A DNA stretch of 64,000 nucleotides from Candidatus Margulisiibacteriota bacterium (GTDB taxonomy: Bacteria > Margulisbacteria > Marinamargulisbacteria > JBFWNS01). Position numbers and translations under genes: made by a program. A model generated the notes under the pieces. That model ran no database searches. It worked only from the letters and a program-made list of their open reading frames with translations, and was not told the origin of the DNA. The stretch lies in contig JBFWNS010000001.1 in assembly GCA_050250935.1 (NCBI GenBank), positions 480,001-544,000 of the forward strand, given 5' to 3'. Shown piece after piece: positions 49,521 through 59,967 of this stretch (position 1 is the first letter of the stretch; every line of letters begins with the position of its first letter).

Positions 49521-49861
49521 TCACTGTTTTAAAAGCCAAAATCTCGTATGGGAAATTAACCCACACCGAATTGTTGTACGAAGGGAGCATTACCCTGGAT
49601 GAAGATGTGATGGATGCTGTTGGCATTCGCGACAACGAACAGGTTCATGTTGTGAATCTGAACAATGGCGAACGCCTGATTACCTATGCCATTGCCGGTG
49701 CCAGAGGCTCTGGGGTTTTTGGATTAAACGGCCCAGCTGCTCGGTTGGGCATGGTGGGGGACGAAATTCATGTTCTGGCCTATGCCACCCAGCCCGATAC
49801 CGATCCGATTGCCCCTAAAATTGTGGATTTTCGATTTTTCAAAAAGGAAGTGACCCGATGA
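49517..49861 (+). CDS. panD: Aspartate 1-decarboxylase
   Basis: YEGSITLD, NGERLITY, LNGPAAR. Confidence 0.93.
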   Translation: MITVLKAKISYGKLTHTELLYEGSITLDEDVMDAVGIRDNEQVHVVNLNNGERLITYAIAGARGSGVFGLNGPAARLGMVGDEIHVLAYATQPDTDPIAPKIVDFRFFKKEVTR

Positions 49862-51147
49862 TTTATCCCGAAAGCACGTCGATGGATGCCCAAGGTGGCC
49901 TTAGCTTGGGTGGGGTTTCTGTTACCGAACTGGTACGCACCCATGGATCGCCTCTTTATATTATGGACGAAGCAACCGTTCGCCGAAATTGTCGCGCCTA
50001 TACCGAAACTTTGGCCAAGACCTATCCCAATGCCACGGTGGTGTTTGCGGGAAAAGCCTGTTTAAATTTGGGGCTTTTGAACCTGATGGCCCAAGAAAAA
50101 TTGGGGGTGGATGTGGTGTCGGCTGGGGAATTGTTTACAGCCCTTCGGTCTCAGATCAATCCCGAAACCATCGTGTTTCATGGCAACAACAAGTCCCTCG
50201 AAGAACTGGAAATGGCCATTCAACATCGCATTCGAATTGTCATTGATAACGTCCAGGAATTGGACAATATTAAAGCCCTGACCGAAACTTTGTCCCAATC
50301 TGCCCGGGTGATGATCCGCTTGAAGCCCGAAATCGAAGCTCACACCCACGACTACATCAAAACCGGTCAAATTGACTCTAAATTTGGCATTGATAAAGAC
50401 CAAATGCTGGCCGTTGTGGAGGCTATTTTGGCCCATTCACAGTTGGAATTTTTGGGGATTCACAGCCACATTGGCTCCCAAATTTTTGATGTGATTCCTT
50501 TTCAAGATTTGGCGCAGTTGATGGCTGCCCACATGGCCGAAATTAAGGCTAAATTTGGCATCGATATCCCCGAATTGAATTTGGGCGGTGGGGTTGGCAT
50601 TCGCTATACCACCGAAGACGATCCCCCCCTTATCGAAACATTTGTTGAAACCCTAACCCAAACCCTGAAAGCGGCTTTGGATCAACGGGGTCTTCCCCAT
50701 CCCCGATTGTTGCTAGAACCTGGGCGGTCCTTGGTGGCCAATGCTGGGGTGACGGCCTATTCTGTTGGGGCCATCAAAGACATTCCTGGCGTCAAAACCT
50801 ATCTGTTTATTGATGGGGGCATGGCCGACAATCCGCGGCCGATGTTGTATCAATCCAAATATACGTTTGCTTTGGCCAATAAATTTAAATCGCCTTCTGA
50901 AAAACACTATGCTGTGGCCGGAAAATATTGCGAATCTGGTGATGTGCTGACCCACGACGTGGTTTTGCCCGAAGCCAGCAAAGGCGACACCCTGGTGGTG
51001 TTTGGTACAGGGGCCTACAACTATACAATGGCCTCGAACTACAACCGGGCTGCAAGACCAGCCATGGTTTGCGTGGGGCAGGGTCAATCGAAGGTTTGGG
51101 TTCGACGCGAGACGCTGGACGATTTGCTGCGGTTGGACAATCCCTAG
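49858..51147 (+). CDS. lysA: Diaminopimelate decarboxylase
   Basis: FHGNNKS, HSHIGSQ, EPGRS, CESGD, GAY..MASNYN. Confidence 0.96.
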   Translation: MIYPESTSMDAQGGLSLGGVSVTELVRTHGSPLYIMDEATVRRNCRAYTETLAKTYPNATVVFAGKACLNLGLLNLMAQEKLGVDVVSAGELFTALRSQINPETIVFHGNNKSLEELEMAIQHRIRIVIDNVQELDNIKALTETLSQSARVMIRLKPEIEAHTHDYIKTGQIDSKFGIDKDQMLAVVEAILAHSQLEFLGIHSHIGSQIFDVIPFQDLAQLMAAHMAEIKAKFGIDIPELNLGGGVGIRYTTEDDPPLIETFVETLTQTLKAALDQRGLPHPRLLLEPGRSLVANAGVTAYSVGAIKDIPGVKTYLFIDGGMADNPRPMLYQSKYTFALANKFKSPSEKHYAVAGKYCESGDVLTHDVVLPEASKGDTLVVFGTGAYNYTMASNYNRAARPAMVCVGQGQSKVWVRRETLDDLLRLDNP

Positions 51148-51159
51148 GAGAAGCGGCTG

Positions 51160-51924
51160 TTGAATACCCTTCATCTGATGCGGTCTGGCTTGGATGTGTT
51201 CCTGGTTTTTTTGCTGATCTACACCCTGTTGTTGTGGATCAAAAATACCCAGGCCTTCAGTTTGGTCAAAGGCCTGTTGATGGTGTTGATTGTGTATTTT
51301 TTAAGCTATCAGATGGGACTTGAAACCCTGAACTGGGTTTTGGGCAAATTCACCACGGTTCTGATTTTTCTGATTATTATTGTGTTTCAACCCGAATTGA
51401 GACGGTTTTTAGACCGGTTGGGAACAGGGCAATTGTTTAACCCCATGTTGTTGCAAGGCGAAGGTCAAAGTACTTCGGCCATCAAGCAAATTTTGAAGGC
51501 TGTGGATTTTTTATCCAAACAAAAAGTGGGGGCGTTGATCGCCATTGAATTGTCCAGTTTGTCCGAATACATCGAGTCTGGGGTTCGGATTCAGGCCACC
51601 TTGTCCTTTGAATTGTTGTCCACTTTATTTTGGAAAAATTCACCCACCCACGATGGGGCGGTTATCATTCGGGAAAATCGCATTGAAGCGGCCGGTTGTT
51701 TGTTGCCTTTAACCGATACCCCCATGCGGGACCATCGGTTGGGAACCCGGCACCGGGCGGCCATTGGGTTGTCCGAATTGACCGATGCGCTGGTGATCGT
51801 GGTGTCGGAAGAAACGGGTATAGTGTCCTTGGCCGAAAATGGGAATTTAACCCGCTATCTGACCAAAGAAGCCTTGGAAACCCGGTTGTTTAATTTATAC
51901 AAAGAGGAAAAAATGGGATCATGA
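51160..51924 (+). CDS. cdaA: Diadenylate cyclase
   Basis: Three TM, VFQPELRR, HDGA, GTRHRAA, VSEETG. Confidence 0.95.
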   Translation: MNTLHLMRSGLDVFLVFLLIYTLLLWIKNTQAFSLVKGLLMVLIVYFLSYQMGLETLNWVLGKFTTVLIFLIIIVFQPELRRFLDRLGTGQLFNPMLLQGEGQSTSAIKQILKAVDFLSKQKVGALIAIELSSLSEYIESGVRIQATLSFELLSTLFWKNSPTHDGAVIIRENRIEAAGCLLPLTDTPMRDHRLGTRHRAAIGLSELTDALVIVVSEETGIVSLAENGNLTRYLTKEALETRLFNLYKEEKMGS

Positions 51925-52688
51925 GCCGCGTTTACCCCCCGTCCTTACTGGAAAAGAAAAAAAATAAACAAGGCATTTCGGTGCTGACCGCCTACGATTG
52001 TTTAACCGCTGGGCTTTTGGATGAAGCGGGCATCGACGTCGTGTTGGTGGGCGATTCCTTGGGCAATACCTTTGCTGGCCACGCCTCGACCTTGCCTGTC
52101 ACCATGGATCAGATGATCTATCACACCCAAGCGGTTGCCCGTGGGGTATCTCGGGCCATGGTGTTGGGGGACATGCCCTTTTTAAGTTATCAACTGAGTG
52201 CCGAAGAGGCCAAAAAAAATGCAGGTCGTTTTCTAAAAGAAGCGGGTGCCCATGCTGTAAAACTAGAAGTGGGTGTTGAAGCCGATTTTGCCGCAGTTCA
52301 AGCGGTGTTGGATTTGGGTGTTCCTGTGATGGGACATTTGGGACTGACCCCCCAACATGTTTATCGCTTGGGTGGATACAAACGGCAAGGCAAATCCGCC
52401 GAAGAAGCCCAGCGCTTGTTAACCTGGGCCCAGCGCCTGGAAGCCATGGGGTGTTTTTCGGTTTTGGTGGAATGTATTCCCGATGCCCTTGCCGGTGATA
52501 TTCGAAACGCCTTGTCCGTGCCGCTGATTGGCATTGGCTCCGGTCCCGATTGCGATGGACAGGTTTTGGTGACAGCCGATTTATTGGGATTGAATGCCAA
52601 TGCCCCAGCCTTTGTGAAACCCAAGGCCAACCTTCGGAGCACTGCCCTGGAGGCGCTTCGCCACTTTCATGGCGATCTTCAATCTTGA
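51921..52688 (+). CDS. panB: 3-methyl-2-oxobutanoate hydroxymethyltransferase
   Basis: LTAYD, LVGDSLG, DMPFLSY, GHLGLTPQ. Confidence 0.96.
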   Translation: MSRVYPPSLLEKKKNKQGISVLTAYDCLTAGLLDEAGIDVVLVGDSLGNTFAGHASTLPVTMDQMIYHTQAVARGVSRAMVLGDMPFLSYQLSAEEAKKNAGRFLKEAGAHAVKLEVGVEADFAAVQAVLDLGVPVMGHLGLTPQHVYRLGGYKRQGKSAEEAQRLLTWAQRLEAMGCFSVLVECIPDALAGDIRNALSVPLIGIGSGPDCDGQVLVTADLLGLNANAPAFVKPKANLRSTALEALRHFHGDLQS

Positions 52689-52715
52689 TAGAACCATCCG
52701 TATACAGGAGTTGAT

Positions 52716-54092
52716 ATGAACGTTCGTGTTCTGCCCTCAGTGTTGAAAACCGAAGCCACCATTGCCACCATTCCTGGGGACAAATCCATGTCTCACCGGG
52801 CGATTTTGTTGGGCTCTTTGGCCCAGGGTACCAGCACGTTTACCAATTTTTTAATGTCCGAAGATTGTTTACACACCATGGCCATTTTTCGTCACCTGGG
52901 GGTGATGATTGAGCATACCCCGGGCGTTGGCTCCTTGGCCAAGGTCAAGATTCACGGTAAAGGAATTGGGGGGCTTAAGGCCTATTCTGGGGTCTTGGAT
53001 GCGGGTAATTCTGGTACCGGAATCCGTCTCATAACTGGGGTTTTGGCGGGATTGCCCTTTACTTCTCGTATTGCGGGAGATGCTTCGATTGCCAAGCGCC
53101 CCATGATGCGGGTTATCGACCCCTTGTCCCAGATGGGGGCCACCATCACTGGGGTTTCCTCGGATGCAAAACTCGGTGAACTGTTTCCCCCGCTCACGAT
53201 TGCAGGCACCCAAAAGAGTGGGCCGCTGAAGCCCATTTTTTATCGCTTGCCAGTGGCCAGTGCCCAGGTAAAGTCTGCGGTTTTATTTGCTGCTCTGTTT
53301 TGCCAAGAACCCACCACCATCGAAGAGCCCAAACCGACCCGGGATCACACCGAAAAAATGATGCGCTTGTTTGGTGCGGACATCACCGTTACCCCTGGAG
53401 CCACCGGAAAACAGATTACCTGTTCAGGCAAAAACCCTCTTCATGCCCCGCTTCAACCTTGGCGAATTCCCTCCGACATTTCTTCTGCGGCGTTTTTAAT
53501 GGTTCTGGCCATGATTCGTCCCGATACCGTGGCCTGGCAGTTGAATCATGTGGGTCTTAATCCCACCCGATCGGCTATTTTGGGGGTTCTGGAAGCCATG
53601 TGTGGCGAACTGGAAACCAAGGCTGTGGCCAATGCGGCTGGGACAGAGCCTGCCGACACTGTAATAGCCCGGGGGTCCGAATTGTTTAATATTGTGGTCC
53701 CAGAACACCTCATGCCCAACCTCATCGACGAAATCCCTATTTTGGCTGTGGCCGCTATGTTTGCCAAAGACACCTTGGTGGTGCGGGGCGCCAAAGAGTT
53801 GCGGGTTAAAGAATCCGATCGCATTGCCACCATCGTGGCCATGGTTCGTGCTTTTGGCGGCGAGATTACCGAATTTGAAGATGGCTTCGAACTCAAAGGC
53901 GAAACGGAGTTTAAATCGGGTGCGGTGATCGAGTCTTTTGGCGACCACCGTATTGCCATGTCGGCCATCGTGGCGGCTTTGGGTGCAGGGGTCGAGGTCA
54001 CGGTTCGGGATTGCGATTGTATTGCCACCTCTTTTCCTAATTTTTTTGAAGTGATTGCTGCTGTTGGAGCTCGGGTTGAGCAACTCCCCTAG
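52716..54092 (+). CDS. aroA: EPSP synthase
   Basis: PGDKSMSHR, GNSGT, SAQVKS, ELRVKESDR, DHRIAM. Confidence 0.97.
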   Translation: MNVRVLPSVLKTEATIATIPGDKSMSHRAILLGSLAQGTSTFTNFLMSEDCLHTMAIFRHLGVMIEHTPGVGSLAKVKIHGKGIGGLKAYSGVLDAGNSGTGIRLITGVLAGLPFTSRIAGDASIAKRPMMRVIDPLSQMGATITGVSSDAKLGELFPPLTIAGTQKSGPLKPIFYRLPVASAQVKSAVLFAALFCQEPTTIEEPKPTRDHTEKMMRLFGADITVTPGATGKQITCSGKNPLHAPLQPWRIPSDISSAAFLMVLAMIRPDTVAWQLNHVGLNPTRSAILGVLEAMCGELETKAVANAAGTEPADTVIARGSELFNIVVPEHLMPNLIDEIPILAVAAMFAKDTLVVRGAKELRVKESDRIATIVAMVRAFGGEITEFEDGFELKGETEFKSGAVIESFGDHRIAMSAIVAALGAGVEVTVRDCDCIATSFPNFFEVIAAVGARVEQLP

Positions 54093-54738
54093 TCTCTATT
54101 TAACCCTTAATACCGCCATTGCGCCCTATGGTTTGGGCGTGGTTCGGGTGGAAGCGGGGACCCTAACCCTGCTTCAAGAACACCGCTTCCAAGCCGATCG
54201 TTTGGAACACAGCGATCTGTTGGTCCATTTGGAATCGGTGTTGGCTGCGGCAGGGGCAACCTTGGCAGATGTGGCCAAGATAGGGGTCACCACTGGGCCT
54301 GGTGGTTACACCGGGTTGCGGTTGGGGGCTACTGTAGCCAACATGCTGGCCTTGGTTCAGGGCATACCCGTTGTGGGCTGCGACACCCTGGCGGCTTTGG
54401 CCCAAACCCTAGCCGACGATACCTTGATCTTTGCGGTTGCCCCAGGTCGCAAAAACGAAATCTGCGCGGCTGTTTTTGGCAGTCAAAATGGCAAAAAAAC
54501 CCGACAAACGCCCACTTTTATTTGGCCCATAGAAACCGCTCTAGAAAAAATCGCGGCCATCAAAACCCCGGTCACGGTGGTGGGCGGCTTTCCAGCTGGG
54601 GTGGCGGATCGGTTTTTGGCTCTTTCTGGCCCACGGGTGGTCACGACGGCTGTTTCTGCTTTGGCCTTGGCCGAATTGGCCCAGCCCGAAGCTGGTTCGG
54701 GTCAGGTTCGTCCGGTTTACGCGTATCAGGCAGTATAA
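54076..54738 (+). CDS. tsaB: tRNA threonylcarbamoyladenosine biosynthesis protein TsaB
   Basis: HSDLL, GPGGYTGLRLG; TTG 54076 is the probable start. Confidence 0.85.
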   Translation: MSNSPSLYLTLNTAIAPYGLGVVRVEAGTLTLLQEHRFQADRLEHSDLLVHLESVLAAAGATLADVAKIGVTTGPGGYTGLRLGATVANMLALVQGIPVVGCDTLAALAQTLADDTLIFAVAPGRKNEICAAVFGSQNGKKTRQTPTFIWPIETALEKIAAIKTPVTVVGGFPAGVADRFLALSGPRVVTTAVSALALAELAQPEAGSGQVRPVYAYQAV

Positions 54739-54795
54739 GCGACGCCTTTTTTATGCTAGACTAAGACCCTTCATTTTTTCTAAAAGGATTTTCCC

Positions 54796-55668
54796 ATTTC
54801 TAGATTTTTTCCCCAGTTACGCCGGCAACGGTTCAAGCGGCTTGTTTTTAACTATCTGACCATTGCGGTTGGTGTGGTCTTGGCGGCCATTGGATTGAAG
54901 GGGTTTTTAATTCCCAATGGGTTTATTGATGGTGGGGTTACAGGGGTTTCGATGTTGGTGTCCGAAACCACACATTTCCCTCTTTATTACGTGATTTTTG
55001 CCATTAATCTGCCCTTTATTTTGTTGGGGTATACCCAAATTCGAAAACAGGTGGCCCTAAAAGGATTTGTGGCCATAGTGGGGTTGTCGCTGTGTTTAGC
55101 GTTGCTACCCATAGTGCCAATCACCTTGGATAAATTATTGGCGGCTGTTTTTGGCGGAATGTTGCTTGGTGCTGGCATTGGCCTGACTCTGCGGGGTGGT
55201 GGGGTGTTGGACGGCACCGAAATTTTGGCGATTTTATTGGATAAAAAATGGCAGATCAGTGTGGGCGATGCCATTTTGGCATTTAACGTCGTGATTTTTT
55301 CCTTAAGTGCGTGGTTGTTGGGCCTAGAAGCCGCTTTGTATTCGGTTTTAACCTATATGGCGGCTTCTAAAACCATCGATTTTTTGGTCTATGGTTTGGA
55401 AGAACACTTGGGGATTTTTATTATCTCGTCCAAAGGGCCAGTCATCAAAGAATTGGTTCTGAAGCAAATGGGCCGTGGTGCGACCATTTTGGATGGAAAA
55501 CGGGGATTTTCTGGTGAAGCCCAGGAGATTTTATATTGTGTCATTACCCGATTCGAAGTGGCCAAGCTCAAATTAATTGTTGAACGGGTGGATCCAACAG
55601 CCTTTGTTACGATGCATAAAATCACGCATACAGTGGGTGGTATGGTTAAAAAAGGACCACTTCATTAG
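54796..55668 (+). CDS. YitT-family membrane protein (probable ATT start)
   Basis: DGGVTG, NLPF, DGTEILA, C-terminal RGAT..DPTAF; first TM begins upstream of GTG 54874. Confidence 0.88.
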   Translation: MSRFFPQLRRQRFKRLVFNYLTIAVGVVLAAIGLKGFLIPNGFIDGGVTGVSMLVSETTHFPLYYVIFAINLPFILLGYTQIRKQVALKGFVAIVGLSLCLALLPIVPITLDKLLAAVFGGMLLGAGIGLTLRGGGVLDGTEILAILLDKKWQISVGDAILAFNVVIFSLSAWLLGLEAALYSVLTYMAASKTIDFLVYGLEEHLGIFIISSKGPVIKELVLKQMGRGATILDGKRGFSGEAQEILYCVITRFEVAKLKLIVERVDPTAFVTMHKITHTVGGMVKKGPLH

Positions 55669-55680
55669 AATGAGACAATC

Positions 55681-57042
55681 ATGAATACAAAAATACAACC
55701 GCAGGATCTAGACGCCGAACAATCGGTGCTGGGGTCCATGCTTATTTCCAAAGAGGCCATTGCCATTGTTATTGGCAAGGTTAAACAGGAACATTTTTAT
55801 CGGCAGGCCAATGCCAATATTTTTCAGGCCATGTGTCAGTTGTATCAAAAAAGCGAGCCTGTGGATTTGATCACCGTTGGGGCACAGCTGAAAAAGAACA
55901 ATGCTTTCGAAGAAAGTGGTGGCAGTGTCTACCTGGCCCAAGTCATCGATTCAGTCCCCACCGCTTCCAACGCCGAACATTATGCCGAAATTGTGGTGGA
56001 AAAGGCCATGCTCCGAAAGCTCATCCATGTGGGCTCGGATATTGTTAATGATGCCTTCCAAGACGATCAAGATGTGGACGATGTGCTGAATATCGCCCAA
56101 AAGAACATCATGGACATTTCCAAAGAACGGGTCAGCGATGATTTTGTTAAACTCGATTCAGTTCTCAAACAAGTGTTTGACGACATTCAAGCCGCCTACG
56201 ACAGCGAAGATAAAATTTTGGGTGTTCCCACTGGGTATATCGATTTGGATACCATGACCTCTGGTTTTCAAAAAGCCGATTTGGTCATTTTGGCGGCCCG
56301 GCCTTCGATGGGAAAAACCACTTTGGCCTTGAACTTTGCGGTTCATGCTGCCCTTAAAAAATTCCCCGTCGCCATTTTTAGTTTGGAAACGCCCAAAGAA
56401 CAGATGGCGCTTCGGATGTTGTCCTCGGAAGCCAAAATCGACTCGAAACGGATGCGAACTTCCAACCTTCATGAACACGAATATCGGGGGTTGATGCATG
56501 CGATGGGGGCCTTGTCCGATTCCCCGATCTTTATCGACGATACCCCAGGGATTACCCCCATGGATCTGCGGGCCAAAACCCGTCGGTTGCAAATGGAGGC
56601 CGATATCAAGCTGATTGTGATCGACTATTTGCAATTGATGCGCTCCTCTAAAAAGAAAGTCGAGAGCCGTTTTCAAGAGGTTTCGGACATTGTTCGCGAA
56701 GTCAAAGCCTTTGCCAAAGAATCCAAAATTCCCATCATTGCCTTGTCCCAGCTTTCTCGGGAAGTTGAAAAAAGGGGGGACAAAAAGCCCCAACTCAGCG
56801 ACCTTCGGGAATCGGGGGAAATCGAACAAACCGCCGATTTGGTGATGTTTATTCACCGCGACGACTATTACGGTGCTGGTGGCGAAGGCCAAGCCCCTGT
56901 GGTTCCCGGTAAGGCCGAACTGATTATTTCCAAGCAACGTAACGGCCCGACGGGCAAGGTGGATTTGGTCTTTAAAAAAGACATTTCGAAATTCTTATCA
57001 GCAGAAAAAACAGCGGTGTCTTTGCCGCCGTCGTTTCAATAG
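55681..57042 (+). CDS. dnaB: Replicative DNA helicase
   Basis: AEQSVLG, AARPSMGKT, IDYLQLM, SQLSR, DLRESG, KQRNGP. Confidence 0.97.
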   Translation: MNTKIQPQDLDAEQSVLGSMLISKEAIAIVIGKVKQEHFYRQANANIFQAMCQLYQKSEPVDLITVGAQLKKNNAFEESGGSVYLAQVIDSVPTASNAEHYAEIVVEKAMLRKLIHVGSDIVNDAFQDDQDVDDVLNIAQKNIMDISKERVSDDFVKLDSVLKQVFDDIQAAYDSEDKILGVPTGYIDLDTMTSGFQKADLVILAARPSMGKTTLALNFAVHAALKKFPVAIFSLETPKEQMALRMLSSEAKIDSKRMRTSNLHEHEYRGLMHAMGALSDSPIFIDDTPGITPMDLRAKTRRLQMEADIKLIVIDYLQLMRSSKKKVESRFQEVSDIVREVKAFAKESKIPIIALSQLSREVEKRGDKKPQLSDLRESGEIEQTADLVMFIHRDDYYGAGGEGQAPVVPGKAELIISKQRNGPTGKVDLVFKKDISKFLSAEKTAVSLPPSFQ

Positions 57043-57052
57043 GGGAAGCTCT

Positions 57053-58573
57053 TTGAACAAGCGGTTTTGGGCGGTTGTGCTGATGGTGTTGGGGATGATG
57101 GGTCCCTTGGTTGCTCAAATGGATGCCCCCCTGACGATTGAAGCCGATACCATTGTCTATGACCGGTCAGAGCACCTTCTGACGGCCTCGGACAATGTTC
57201 AGGTGTTTTACGACGACAATCAGGTATTTGGGGATGCCTTCCAATTCGACTATGAAAACGAGTTGTTGTGGTTTCCCAAAACCATGACGATCTCCCAACA
57301 AAACAGCCGGGTCCAAGTGACGAATTTAAGTTATTCCATGAAGACCTACGAAGGCGCAGCCGATAGCATCGAGGGCAAATTAGATCGGCTCATCATCAAA
57401 GGGGGGGCGATTGCCTTTACCCCCGAATTTATCACCATTGCCAGTCCTTCTTTTACCACCTGCGATTTGCCAGACAACAAACACTATTATTTGGAATCCC
57501 GAAAAATGATTTTGTACCCCCAATGGGGGTTTATGGTGGCTTTTGACAATACCTTGCATACCCCAGTTCTTCCCTTTCCTTTCTGGGTTCCGACCTATAT
57601 CTATGGGTCCAAGCGCTATAGTTTGTTGGCGTCTGCCAGCCCGATTCCCGATGTGGGCTCCAATGCCAGAGAAGGGGGGTATGTTAAACAAAAAATAGCC
57701 TATTTCTTTGACAACCGCTCCAATGGGACTTTGGATCTGGGCTATACCCAAAATCAGACCTGGTATTTTGGGTTTAATCATGGCCAGTTGTTAACCGAAA
57801 ACCAGGCGCTTAATCTTCGCTGGCACTATTTGGGCTACGATGGAACTGAAGGTGCTTTGGTGTATTCCATCAATTTAAATACAGTGCCAACGACAGGCAA
57901 AAAAAACCTGTTTGGTTCCCTGTTTTCGTCGTTAAACGAAGACGCTTTTCGCCTATCACGCTTAAGCTTGCAGGCCATTTATCGGGAATTGAATAACGAT
58001 TCTCGTGTCAGCTATTGGCCTCAAGCCCAGTTGGATTTGAACCGGGTCGAATTGGGCAATTCTGAGATTTTTTGGACCAATACCTTTTTGGTTGGCCAGT
58101 TGCAAGAAGAAACCCCTCAAAGAGCCATTATTCGATCGTCACGCAAGGGTTCCGATACCAATTTCCACAAACAGTTGTTCAAAGATGCAACTTGGGGCGC
58201 TACGGCCGATCTGAATTATTATGGGTATTGGTACGATGCCTCCGATTGGCAGCGACTGTTTGGTCGGGTGGGCTTTGATTGGTATTGGCCGGTTCTGAAT
58301 CCCAGGGTGTCCTATTCCAAGCGTTTGGGGTTGGGGGGAATGTCTCCGTTTGAATTCGAGAATAAATATGCCCAAGTGGGGGATGAAATTGGGTTTGGTG
58401 TGTCCCACGATTTTGGGACTATTGGGGTTTTTTCAGAAGGCGACTACAGTTTGGATGACAAGGTTTTTCGAAATTTTGATGTCGGGGTCAAATTGACCGA
58501 TCATTGTTGGCGGACCATTGTGCGCTGGAAGATGCAGCAAGCGCAGTTTCAATTTGGGGTAGAGCTGTTTTGA
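57053..58573 (+). CDS. lptD: LptD-like LPS-assembly outer-membrane protein
   Basis: Signal peptide, IEADTIVYD jelly-roll, FTTCD, beta-barrel ending FGVELF. Confidence 0.7.
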   Translation: MNKRFWAVVLMVLGMMGPLVAQMDAPLTIEADTIVYDRSEHLLTASDNVQVFYDDNQVFGDAFQFDYENELLWFPKTMTISQQNSRVQVTNLSYSMKTYEGAADSIEGKLDRLIIKGGAIAFTPEFITIASPSFTTCDLPDNKHYYLESRKMILYPQWGFMVAFDNTLHTPVLPFPFWVPTYIYGSKRYSLLASASPIPDVGSNAREGGYVKQKIAYFFDNRSNGTLDLGYTQNQTWYFGFNHGQLLTENQALNLRWHYLGYDGTEGALVYSINLNTVPTTGKKNLFGSLFSSLNEDAFRLSRLSLQAIYRELNNDSRVSYWPQAQLDLNRVELGNSEIFWTNTFLVGQLQEETPQRAIIRSSRKGSDTNFHKQLFKDATWGATADLNYYGYWYDASDWQRLFGRVGFDWYWPVLNPRVSYSKRLGLGGMSPFEFENKYAQVGDEIGFGVSHDFGTIGVFSEGDYSLDDKVFRNFDVGVKLTDHCWRTIVRWKMQQAQFQFGVELF

Positions 58574-59967
58574 ACCGGTTTTATCAGACCCTCATTCATC
58601 CCAATCCCACCGAAGCCGACCTTCAAGCGGTTTGGGATGCTTTGGGTGTTGCTGGCGATTTGGCCCTTTTTGCCGAGCTTCGCCGCCATATTTTTGCCCT
58701 TATCGATGCCAGCCGCGACTTGATGTTTACCGAGGCTTTTGGGTTTGGCCCTTTTGCCTTGACCGATATTTTGGATTTCCTCTTTACCGAATCGGTGTTT
58801 GAATTTAGTCTAAACCGCCGCAAACAGGCGCATGTTCTCTATGGTTTGGCCCATGCCAAACTTCGGCGCTCCTTGCTGAATGGGTTGCCGAAACCTGTTC
58901 GCCGGGCGGTGATGTTTCAAAAATGTGCCCATTTTGGGTTGTTTAAAAAAATCGCCGATTATTTGGTGGATTCTGGGGTCATTCCAGACCCGTCTCTGTT
59001 TCAAGTTGATTGGGTGACAGACCTGACCGATGTGGGCATGGGGCATTCCGTATACCGGGTTTCTTTGGCTGTTGGCGAGGTTCAGACCGATATTATTGTA
59101 AAGCGCGAAAATCTGGTGAATCAGACCTTTTTTTGTGAGTTGTTGCCTCAATTGGGATTGCCCAGTTTTTTTGCCAAACATGTCCACGATGCCCAAGGCC
59201 AAATGTGGGAACTCACAGAATGTCTCGGCGATTGCCTTCTGACCAGCCTGATCGACGAACAAGGCCTTTTGCCGGGTGTTCTCGAGCAATTGGCCAACCA
59301 TGCGGCCTTGGGCGATGTCTTTGGCCGCGGCGATCGCCATGGCGAAAACTATATGGTTCGAAACGACCAGATTTTGCCCATTGATATTTCGTTTTTATTC
59401 GCAGACGACAATGAATTTTGGACCGAAAAATACATTCAAGGCGGGGTTTATGAGTTCAGTTGTATTCCTTTTGGGTCTTTTGAAACGGTTTTGGCCCAAA
59501 TGACCACGTTTTTTAGGGGTTACGATGCCTTTTTTGCGAAGCTTCAGTCCCAGCAATCCCACTTAATTACAGCCATCAATGCCTTTTATGGCAACAATTC
59601 CCACACCCACCACAAGCGGGCTTTTCTTAAAGAGCGCCTCGTGGCCTCCTTTCCCATTGAACAACGGCGTCGTTATATTCGCGCTTGGGGCGAGTTGTGT
59701 GAACGGCGTTTTTACAAAGCTGCGCTTAAAACCCTGGCGTCGTTATGGCCCGATTCGGTTTGGCAAGAGCCATGGCTTAAGATGTATTATTTGGCCGACG
59801 ATCAACGTCCTTCCGCGTTTTTTCTGATTGAAGATCAACAAGAACCCATTTTTGAAAAGATCCGAGCGCAGATGACCCTTTATGGGTTGGATATCACCGC
59901 TTTGGATGCCCAGTTGGCCGAAGCCAAGGTCCTAACCCAAGCACTGCAGGATGCTTTATCGGCCTAG
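58570..59967 (+). CDS. Atypical kinase, PI3/PI4-kinase- or HipA-like fold
   Basis: VGMGHSVY, IVKRE, LTEC hinge, GDRHGENY, ILPIDISF; TTG overlaps the lptD stop. Confidence 0.65.
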   Translation: MNRFYQTLIHPNPTEADLQAVWDALGVAGDLALFAELRRHIFALIDASRDLMFTEAFGFGPFALTDILDFLFTESVFEFSLNRRKQAHVLYGLAHAKLRRSLLNGLPKPVRRAVMFQKCAHFGLFKKIADYLVDSGVIPDPSLFQVDWVTDLTDVGMGHSVYRVSLAVGEVQTDIIVKRENLVNQTFFCELLPQLGLPSFFAKHVHDAQGQMWELTECLGDCLLTSLIDEQGLLPGVLEQLANHAALGDVFGRGDRHGENYMVRNDQILPIDISFLFADDNEFWTEKYIQGGVYEFSCIPFGSFETVLAQMTTFFRGYDAFFAKLQSQQSHLITAINAFYGNNSHTHHKRAFLKERLVASFPIEQRRRYIRAWGELCERRFYKAALKTLASLWPDSVWQEPWLKMYYLADDQRPSAFFLIEDQQEPIFEKIRAQMTLYGLDITALDAQLAEAKVLTQALQDALSA

